Positions 21,583 to 29,692 of a DNA stretch of 64,000 nucleotides are shown piece after piece; positions within the stretch are counted from its first letter, which is position 1, and each line of letters starts with the position of its first letter. Below the pieces are notes generated by a model. It was not told the DNA's origin. It saw only the letters and a list, made by a program, of their open reading frames with translations, and did not search any database. A program made the position numbers and the translations under genes. Origin of the DNA: Spirochaetota bacterium (GTDB lineage Bacteria; Spirochaetota; UBA6919; CBDBPB01); the NCBI GenBank assembly GCA_965208615.1, contig CBDBPB010000004.1, positions 64,001 to 128,000 on the forward strand, read 5' to 3'.

Positions 21583-22492
21583 TTGGATAAACCTGCTATA
21601 AAAGAGAAAATACTAAGAGAGTTCTTTCGCTATCTTACCATTGAAAGAGGATTAGCAAAAAATACTATTTTATCCTATAAGAACGACTTAAATAAGTTCT
21701 TTGAATATATAAGTCTTTACAAAATAGACTTTACTAACGTTAATCAACAAAATATTGTTAACTATTTTATTAAGCGACTGGACGAAAAACTCTCCCCTAA
21801 AACAATTTCTAGGATATTATCTAGTATTAGGTTATTTTATAATTTCGCTGTTATTGAGGGTATTATTAAGGTTAACCCTACTATTCATGTTAAAAATCCT
21901 AAAACTATTAATAGCCTACCCAACTTTCTTAGCGTAAAAGAAGTAAATATGCTTATATCTTATCCAGATATAAATAGTTATGCCGGATTTAGGGATAGAA
22001 CAATTATGGAGCTTATATATTCCGGTGGACTTAGGGTAAGTGAACTAGTAACCTTAACTGTTAACGCTATTAATATTGATGAACAGTTTTTAATGTTACT
22101 AGGTAAAGGCTCCAAAGAACGACTAGTTCCTATTGGTAGTATTTGTACCAAACTCATTAAGGAATATTTAAACATAGTACGCCCCATCTTAATGAAAAGG
22201 CAAATTCATCCATTTGTATTTGTTAATGTAAAACACGGTAAACCCATTTCAAGAAAAGGTATTTGGATGCTAATAAAAAATTATTCTCTAAAATGCGGCT
22301 TAAAAAAAGAAATAAGCCCTCACTCTTTAAGGCATTCCTATGCAACGCACTTATTACAAGGAGGTGCAGACTTAAGAACCATTCAAGAACTATTAGGCCA
22401 TAAAAATATAACTACTACTCAAATTTATACTCATTTTGAAAAAAAAAGAATTAAAACGCATACACCAAAACTTTCACCCTTATGAAAATTAA
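21583..22492 (+). CDS. xerD: Tyrosine recombinase XerD (C-terminal tail frameshifted at an A9 tract)
   Basis: ERGLAKNT, GLRVSEL, GKGSKERLVP, HSLRHSYATHLL and TTQIYTH motifs. The conserved tail ELKRIHQNFHP lies in the shifted frame, ending at 22492. Confidence 0.85.
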
Positions 22493-22820
22493 AATACTAT
22501 TTAAATATTAACATAGTTATGGCTTAAGCATAATGCTTTAAAAAAATAAAGCTATTTAAATGCATTCATAAATAAATATCTTACGTTTATTCATAACAAA
22601 ACTTAAAACAATTACTGATAAACTACTCTATAGAAAAGCAAAAATATTAATATCTTAAACAAACTATTATATATTTTTGTTGACAAAATAGATTAATATT
22701 ATTATGTTAAAACCTAACTTATACTAAATATAACATTATCTTGCTGATTAATAATAGACTAAAATTAACTATATTAACATATAAATATTAAATATACTCA
22801 TATACCAATTGGAAAAACAT

Positions 22821-24404
22821 ATGAAAAAAATATTTTTTATACCAATAAGCTTTATACTTCTTAGTATTTTTACAACTTTAACCTATTCAAATGACCATAA
22901 TAACCCAAAAAATAATAAAAAATATTTTAGTGAAAAAACTTCAAATAAAAATAATATAAAAAAACAAAATGCTATAAAAAAACCTAGAAAAAGATATAGA
23001 AGGTATTACAAAAAAAGAAAAAAATACTCTTATAAATATAATAGGCGAAGGTCGTTTAGAAGAAGGTCACTTAGAAGAAAGAAAAGAAATAATTCTCGAA
23101 TAAGAAAAGAATATATAGAAAAACTTATAAGAAAAATTACTCTTAATAATAACTCTAATAGCAAAATAAAAAAAGTTGAACTTAACTATAATCTTGGCGA
23201 AACTAACAAAATAGAAAAACAAGATTTGCTTAATAATATCAACTTTAAACTAAATAATATTGAAAAGGCTGTATTTAGTAAAAACTATTTGAACAGCTCA
23301 TCTAATAAGCTGGCCAGTATATATATAAAAGCTTCCCCAAAACAAGGAGAAACTATAGCATTATATATAAAAAGCCCGTATAAAATAGAAAAATGCTTTG
23401 GGAGCATTGCCGGAAAGAAAATCCAGTTTTTTAATATAAAAAATCATAATATTTTTCGTGGATATGTTGGCTTTGATATACAACATCACTATAACTCCAT
23501 AAAAGTAGTTATAGGTGTTTTATTAAAAAATGGAAAAATTACTTTTCTTGAAAAAAAGCTAAATATCGCTAAAAGAGGTGCTAATCGTTATATTTGGGTG
23601 CGACGTTATGGCTATAAACGGATTACTGTTAAATATAAAAAAAGAGTAAAAGATAATGGTAAATTAGTTTGGAAAACCTTTTTTAAGAAAAAAAGAATAC
23701 GTTATAGAAGGCTTGTTAAAATATTACCTCCAACTTTAGTTAAAAAAGCTAAACCTAAAGATATTATAAAAAAAGAGCTTGCTAATAAATTTAAGCAAAA
23801 AATAGAAACTAAAACACCTACTAATCTTTATACTAATAAAAAAGATATTGGTTTTTATGCTTTAGATAACGAGCCTGACTCTTCTAAAAAATCATATACA
23901 AAAAATAACTATATATCTAAAACTGAAAATAGATCATTTAAATATTACTATAAAAAGTCACTTCCCTATAAGCTTTGGAGTGGGGCTTTTTTGCAACCAA
24001 CCTATCCCAATAAAAGAGGTAGGATTTCTTCAAAGTTTGGTGTTTATAGAGTTTTCCGGCTTAGAAGAAGACTTCATAGAGGCTATCATAAAGGATTAGA
24101 CATAGCTATGAAAAGAGGTGAGCCTATATATGCCCCTAATTATGGTGTTGTTGTTGTAGCTAAGTACTTTAAAACAAGGGGTAACGTAGTTATGATTGAT
24201 CACGGACTCGGAGTTATGACTAGTCATCTACATTTAAGTAAGATTAACGTTAAAAAGGGTATGTTTGTAAAAAAAGGACAGCTTATTGGTAAAGTAGGCT
24301 CAACCGGTCGTTCTACTGGTCCTCATCTACACTGGGAAGTAAGAGTTAATGGAGTTAGTGTTGATAGTACTCAGTGGAGAAATAATAAATTTACAACAGA
24401 ATAG
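22821..24404 (+). CDS. M23 family peptidase with signal peptide and Arg/Lys-rich regions
   Basis: HKGLDIA, HLHL and STGPHLHWEV motifs; N-terminal signal peptide. Confidence 0.87.
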   Translation: MKKIFFIPISFILLSIFTTLTYSNDHNNPKNNKKYFSEKTSNKNNIKKQNAIKKPRKRYRRYYKKRKKYSYKYNRRRSFRRRSLRRKKRNNSRIRKEYIEKLIRKITLNNNSNSKIKKVELNYNLGETNKIEKQDLLNNINFKLNNIEKAVFSKNYLNSSSNKLASIYIKASPKQGETIALYIKSPYKIEKCFGSIAGKKIQFFNIKNHNIFRGYVGFDIQHHYNSIKVVIGVLLKNGKITFLEKKLNIAKRGANRYIWVRRYGYKRITVKYKKRVKDNGKLVWKTFFKKKRIRYRRLVKILPPTLVKKAKPKDIIKKELANKFKQKIETKTPTNLYTNKKDIGFYALDNEPDSSKKSYTKNNYISKTENRSFKYYYKKSLPYKLWSGAFLQPTYPNKRGRISSKFGVYRVFRLRRRLHRGYHKGLDIAMKRGEPIYAPNYGVVVVAKYFKTRGNVVMIDHGLGVMTSHLHLSKINVKKGMFVKKGQLIGKVGSTGRSTGPHLHWEVRVNGVSVDSTQWRNNKFTTE

Positions 24405-24698
24405 GTGAATAATTATATTAAACCTTATAAAAATGGAATAGCTCTTGTAATTAGGGCTATACCAAATAGTTCTATTAACAAGATATCTATTGATAACAAT
24501 CGTATAAAAGTCTATATTACAGCTTCTGCAAGAGAAGGTAAAGCAAATAAACAAATTATAAAGTCTTTATCTTCATACCTAAAATTAAGAAAAAAGCAAA
24601 TTGAAATTATTAAAGGAAAAAAAAGTAAAAATAAAGAAATTTATATTTCTGATTTATCTGAAAAAGATATTATTTTTAAATTAAATGAGGTTATTTAA
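24405..24698 (+). CDS. DUF167 (YggU) family protein
   Basis: ITASAREGKAN and IIKGKKSKNK motifs. Confidence 0.8.
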   Translation: MNNYIKPYKNGIALVIRAIPNSSINKISIDNNRIKVYITASAREGKANKQIIKSLSSYLKLRKKQIEIIKGKKSKNKEIYISDLSEKDIIFKLNEVI

Positions 24699-25561
24699 TG
24701 AGTCAAGTAGAACTAGCTATTATTGGTGGTAGTGGAGTCTATAATATTGAAAAAATAAATATTGTAGAACAAATATCAATAAAAACTCCTTTTGGATATC
24801 CATCGGATAGAATTGCTATTGGCAATGTTAAAAATAAATTAGTTGCATTCCTTCCAAGACACGCTAAAGGACATACTATATTACCATCAGAAGTACCATC
24901 TAGAGCAAATATATACGCTTTAAAGAGTTTAGGAGTAAAAACTATAATATCTATTAGTGCCGTTGGGAGTCTAAAAGAAGAAATAGCTCCAAAAGACTTT
25001 ATTATTCCTAACCAACTAATTGATATGACCAAATATAGAGAATCATCCTTTTTCGGAAAAGGAATAGTTGGTCATGTTAGTTTTGCTGATCCTTTTTGTA
25101 AAACTCTTTCCGACTATCTTTATAATACTATTAAGTCAGAAAATATTGTTAATATCCATAAGGATGAAACCTATCTTTGCATTGATGGTCCTTTATTCTC
25201 TACTAAAGCAGAAAGCAACCTTTATAAATCATGGGGATGTGGAATTATTGGAATGACCGCTGTACCTGAGGCAAAACTAGCTAGAGAAGCTGAAATATGC
25301 TACGCTACTATTGCTATGAGTACTGATTATGACTGCTGGCATAAAGATCACGAAAATGTTACTATTAACATGATCTTGGAGAATATGAATGCTAATGTTA
25401 ATAATATTAAGTCGTTTTTGATTGATCTTATTAGTAATATTCCTAATTTAAAAAGCTGTTCTTGTAGAAAGGCTGTCGATAATGCTATTATTACTGATTC
25501 TTCTCTACTTAACAAAAATATTAAAGATAGGTTGGAAGTGCTTTATGATAAATACTTATAA
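24698..25561 (+). CDS. mtnP: S-methyl-5'-thioadenosine phosphorylase
   Basis: IIGGSG, TPFGYPS, FLPRH, GMTAVPEAKLAREAEI and TDYDCW motifs. Confidence 0.92.
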   Translation: MSQVELAIIGGSGVYNIEKINIVEQISIKTPFGYPSDRIAIGNVKNKLVAFLPRHAKGHTILPSEVPSRANIYALKSLGVKTIISISAVGSLKEEIAPKDFIIPNQLIDMTKYRESSFFGKGIVGHVSFADPFCKTLSDYLYNTIKSENIVNIHKDETYLCIDGPLFSTKAESNLYKSWGCGIIGMTAVPEAKLAREAEICYATIAMSTDYDCWHKDHENVTINMILENMNANVNNIKSFLIDLISNIPNLKSCSCRKAVDNAIITDSSLLNKNIKDRLEVLYDKYL

Positions 25562-26051
25562 GGTTTATAGGCTAATAAGTTATATTATAGTGATCACTTT
25601 TTTTATTAATATTACACCTTTGTCTTTTGCAAAAAAAGAAAAGAAATCAGATAAATATCATATTATTGATCTAAGTGATGATATTAAACTATCCGAGGCT
25701 GAAAAATATAATAAAAGGCTTTTACCTCCCGAAAAGTTGGAAAAAGAGTATGAAGAGTCCACTTTTAGAAGGTTTGAAATAGTTTTTTTTCTTGCCATTC
25801 CATTTATTATAGCCTATCAGTTTTTATTAAATCAGCTAATTACTAGTAACTTCGCTATTAATGGGCAACGAGGGGGTAAACTCTCTGGTCAACAGTGGGT
25901 TTATATGGGTATGAGTTCTATTTTAGTTGCTTTAGGCGTTGGAGTTAGTGATTATTTATCTATTTCGGGGCGTAGTGATAGTTATAGTCCTTATAGCTCT
26001 CCTGTTGGAGTTATTAATGGTGTAAATATTGCTTTTAATTTTTACTTTTAA
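25545..26051 (+). CDS. Hypothetical membrane protein
   Basis: Signal/TM segments and an RRFEIVFFLAIPF motif; overlaps the mtnP stop. Confidence 0.6.
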   Translation: MINTYKVYRLISYIIVITFFINITPLSFAKKEKKSDKYHIIDLSDDIKLSEAEKYNKRLLPPEKLEKEYEESTFRRFEIVFFLAIPFIIAYQFLLNQLITSNFAINGQRGGKLSGQQWVYMGMSSILVALGVGVSDYLSISGRSDSYSPYSSPVGVINGVNIAFNFYF

Positions 26052-26064
26052 GGTGCAACTAATT

Positions 26065-26589
26065 ATGAAATCAAGTATATTTATAGTTATCGTTTTGTTG
26101 TTGGATCAGTTAACAAAGTTTTTGATTGTTAAATATCTCAATTTGTACGAAACCATAAATATTATTAGTAATTTTGTTAGACTAAAATACGTAGAAAACT
26201 ATGGAATTGCTTTTGGTATTGGTTCTAACTTAGATAAGCCTTTTAAGGATTTATTATTTACCTCTTTAACAATTATTGCTATTGGAATAGTTATTTACTA
26301 TTATAGGAAAGTTCCCCTTAAGAAGACTTTTGTCCGTAGCTCTTTTGCATTAATTTTGGGGGGTGCTTTAGGAAATATTTTTGATAAACTCTTTGGCTAT
26401 ATTATATTCCATGGGCAGCTTAAGCTTTTTTATGGAAGAGTGGTAGACTTCATTGATATAGGCTTTAAATCTTATAGATGGCCTACTTTTAATGTAGCAG
26501 ATATTGCTATTACTTTAGGTGTTATTTTTTTGTTTATACTAATTTTACGCTCCGATGATAAGGATCTATTTTCTAGTACCTCTAGTTAA
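26065..26589 (+). CDS. lspA: Lipoprotein signal peptidase
   Basis: LDQLTK, NYGIAFG, GGALGNIFD, VVDFI and PTFNVAD motifs. Confidence 0.94.
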   Translation: MKSSIFIVIVLLLDQLTKFLIVKYLNLYETINIISNFVRLKYVENYGIAFGIGSNLDKPFKDLLFTSLTIIAIGIVIYYYRKVPLKKTFVRSSFALILGGALGNIFDKLFGYIIFHGQLKLFYGRVVDFIDIGFKSYRWPTFNVADIAITLGVIFLFILILRSDDKDLFSSTSS

Positions 26590-26622
26590 CAACATTAAAT
26601 TAACTCAAAAAAATAAAAATAT

Positions 26623-27072
26623 GTGACTATGGATACATTAAATAAAAAAGCCAGAACACAGTTTGATAACTTCATTAAAAAGAAAAAACTTAAGGCTACT
26701 AAAACAAGATATAAAATCCTAGAAGAGACCTTATCTATTAATAACCACTTTACCGCTGAAGAAATATTCATCCAAGTTAAAAAAAAGAAAATTAAAGCCT
26801 CCAGAGCAACAATATATCGCACTCTAGACCTATTAGTTGAGTCTAAGTTATTAATAAAACTTAATCTTGGTACCCTCGAGTCTAAATATGAACACATAAT
26901 AGAACATGGACATCATGATCATCTTATTTGTAACAATTGCGAAGAGGTTATTGAGTTCCATAGTCCAGAAATTGAAAAGCTACAAAATATGGTTTGCCAG
27001 GAACATAACTTTAAAGAAGTTGATCATAGTTTAAAGATATTTGGTCTATGTAGTAAGTGTCAGCTATGTTAG
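26623..27072 (+). CDS. fur: Fur-family transcriptional regulator (last codon and stop supplied by the inserted element)
   Basis: HFTAEE, RATIYRTL, HHDHLICNNC and GLCSKC motifs. Ends CTA|TGT TAG, where TGTTAG is the element terminus. Confidence 0.9.
   Translation: MTMDTLNKKARTQFDNFIKKKKLKATKTRYKILEETLSINNHFTAEEIFIQVKKKKIKASRATIYRTLDLLVESKLLIKLNLGTLESKYEHIIEHGHHDHLICNNCEEVIEFHSPEIEKLQNMVCQEHNFKEVDHSLKIFGLCSKCQLC
26821..27066 (+). repeat. 246-bp direct repeat, left copy (fur 3' part)
   Basis: Matches 28791..29036; the only difference seen is G27000 vs A28970 (synonymous). Confidence 0.95.
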
Positions 27073-28176
27073 TAATTGTTCTAGTGGTGTAGAGCAAAAG
27101 TATTCTAAGTTAGTTTATCTTTTTAAACTTCCTAAAGTGCAGTTAGTAATTGTTCTAGAGGTATAGAGCAAAAGTATTCCAAGTTAGTTTATCTTTTTAA
27201 ACTTCCTAAAGTGCAGTTAGTAATTGTTCTAGTGGTATAGAGCAAAAGTATTCTAAGTTAGTTTATCTTTTTAAACTTCCTAAAGTGCTGTTAGTAATTG
27301 TTCTAGTGGTGTAGAGCAAAAGTATTCTAAGTTAGTTTATTTTTTTAAACTTCCTAAAGTGCAGTTAGTAATTGTTCTAGTGGTGTAGAGCAAAAGTATT
27401 CTAAGTTAGTTTATCTTTTTAAACTTCCTAAAGTGCTGTTAGTAATTGTTCTAGTGGTGTAGAGCAAAAGTATTCTAAGCTAGTTTATCTTTTTAAACTT
27501 CCTAAAGTGCAGTTAGTAATTGTTCTAGTGGTATAGAGCAAAAGTATTCTAAGTTAGTTTATCTTTTTAAACTTCCTAAAGTGCTGTTAGTAATTGTTCT
27601 AGTGGTGTAGAGCAAAAGTATTCTAAGTTAGTTTATTTTTTTAAACTTCCTAAAGTGCAGTTAGTAATTGTTCTAGTGGTGTAGAGCAAAAGTATTCTAA
27701 GTTAGTTTATCTTTTTAAACTTCCTAAAGTGCTGTTAGTAATTGTTCTAGTGGTGTAGAGCAAAAGTATTCTAAGCTAGTTTATCTTTTTAAACTTCCTA
27801 AAGTGCTGTTAGTAATTGTTCTAGTGGTGTAGAGCAAAAGTATTCTAAGTTAGTTTATTTTTTTAAACTTCCTAAAGTGCTGTTAGTAATTGTTCTAGTG
27901 GTGTAGAGCAAAAGTATTCTAAGTTAGTTTATCTTTTTAAACTTCCTAAAGTGCTGTTAGTAATTGTTCTAGTGGTGTAGAGCAAAAGTATTTTAAGTTA
28001 GTTTATCTTTTTAAACTTCCTAAAGTGCAGTTAGTAATTGTTCTAGTGGTGTAGAGCAAAAGTATTTTAAGTTAGTTTATCTTTTTAAACTTCCTAAAGT
28101 GCAGTTAGTAATTGTTCTAGTGGTGTAGAGCAAAAGTATTTTAAGTTAGTTTATCTTTTTAAACTTCCTAAAGTGC
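27067..28176 (+). repeat. Tandem array of 15 x 74-bp units
   Basis: The GTTAG unit start recurs exactly every 74 bp from 27068 to 28104. No spacers. Confidence 0.97.
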
Positions 28177-28790
28177 AGATAAAATCTATTTAGTAATTGT
28201 GTTATAATAATTTTTTATCTAAAAGCTATAGTAATTAGTAACTGGGGAGGATGGCGTTTTTTTTTTGATATTAGGTTATTTAAAGGGATATTATTTAATA
28301 ATTTAGTTATCATTTTATGATAGAGTTATGACTAGTCATACAAGGTAAAAAGGCAAGACATATAACGTAAAGGGAAGTGAATTCCAGATTTCTTTATGGA
28401 ACAGGAAAGTTAAGATATTCATGAAAAAGTTATTTTCTTGTGTCAAGCAGGTTATCCTTTTATGCTCTTTAAGTGCTGTTTAATGCCTTAGCAATGAACA
28501 CAAAATATCACTTTTTATGCAAGTAGTCATCACTACGAGAGCTATTAAGAATCCCTTACTGAGACTAAGAATTATAGACCTTTATTAAATGATAACGGAT
28601 TTGCTGTTCCATAAAGGCTTAGAGGGGATTATTGGAATATTCTATATTGACTTTATATGTAAAACTTCAAAAAGTATACCTAATCCTATATGAGTAAATA
28701 ACAAACAAAAAAATAATCTACTAAAACCTTCACTAACAAAATCGCCCAATAAAACCTTTTTTGTTATATTTTCTAAAACGTTTGTTAACA
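27067..28790 (+). mobile_element. Non-autonomous TGT...ACA element, copy 2, with amplified left end
   Basis: TGTTAGTAATTGTTCTAG ... CTAAAACGTTTGTTAACA (imperfect inverted ends, 13/18); shared core; flanked by the 246-bp duplication. Confidence 0.85.
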
Positions 28791-29042
28791 ACTCTAGACC
28801 TATTAGTTGAGTCTAAGTTATTAATAAAACTTAATCTTGGTACCCTCGAGTCTAAATATGAACACATAATAGAACATGGACATCATGATCATCTTATTTG
28901 TAACAATTGCGAAGAGGTTATTGAGTTCCATAGTCCAGAAATTGAAAAGCTACAAAATATGGTTTGCCAAGAACATAACTTTAAAGAAGTTGATCATAGT
29001 TTAAAGATATTTGGTCTATGTAGTAAGTGTCAGCTAAGCTAA
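28791..29042 (+). pseudogene. Duplicated 3' part of fur, carrying the original C-terminus (CQLS*)
   Basis: Right copy of the 246-bp repeat, then AGC TAA. No 5' half of the gene. Confidence 0.9.
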
Positions 29043-29181
29043 CTTATTAAAACTTAATAATATAAAATTAAATAAGTATATAAAAGCTTAAATAATTATT
29101 AAACAATAGTTTTTATTGCATTACTATATAATTTTAACTATCTTTTTAAAATAAAATACTCTATTCTTAGGAGATGATAAA

Positions 29182-29643
29182 ATGCAAACTAATGCAAGTG
29201 AGGTTTTTCAATTCGCAATAAAAATAGAGGAAAACGGAGAAAAGTTTTATAGAGAACTAGCAAATAAAATTAATAATAAATTCATTAAAAACATCTTTAA
29301 TATATTAGCCGATGAAGAGGTTGTCCACGCTAAAATATTTAGCGATATGTTATCTCAATTTGAATCGTATACCCCAACAGATTACTTTCCAGAAGAATAC
29401 TTTGTCTACTTAAAAACACTTGTAGATAATGAAATATTCAACACTAATAAACTCGATGAAAAAATAGATAGTATAACAACTGGCGAAGAGGCAATAAAAC
29501 TGGCAATTAGAAAAGAACTCGACTCAATACTATATTACCAGGAAATGAAAAAAATGCTCCCCCCTGATCAGTACTCCCTAATAGATAAAATACTAGAACA
29601 AGAACGAATACACTTCATGAGGTTAACCAATATAGAAGTATGA
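29182..29643 (+). CDS. Rubrerythrin/ferritin-like protein
   Basis: AIKIEENGEKFY, LADEEVVH, ELDSILYY and EQERIH di-iron motifs. Confidence 0.85.
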   Translation: MQTNASEVFQFAIKIEENGEKFYRELANKINNKFIKNIFNILADEEVVHAKIFSDMLSQFESYTPTDYFPEEYFVYLKTLVDNEIFNTNKLDEKIDSITTGEEAIKLAIRKELDSILYYQEMKKMLPPDQYSLIDKILEQERIHFMRLTNIEV

Positions 29644-29692
29644 AAAAGCTTTATAGAAAATAATATCAAAGTTTAATTAATAACTATTACTT

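Noticed and set aside
21583-22492. XerD as the element's own integrase
   Set aside because: It looks like a housekeeping XerD in a ribBA context. TGT...ACA ends point to a DDE transposase instead.
27067-28176. CRISPR array
   Set aside because: Units are 74-bp near-identical head-to-tail copies with no unique spacers, no cas genes are in the window, and the unit is the terminus of a dispersed element.
28761-29042. Second, shorter fur gene (MLYFLKRLLT...)
   Set aside because: The first 10 codons come from the element's right end and the rest is the duplicated fur 3' part. The same artefact extends ORF 50257..50790.
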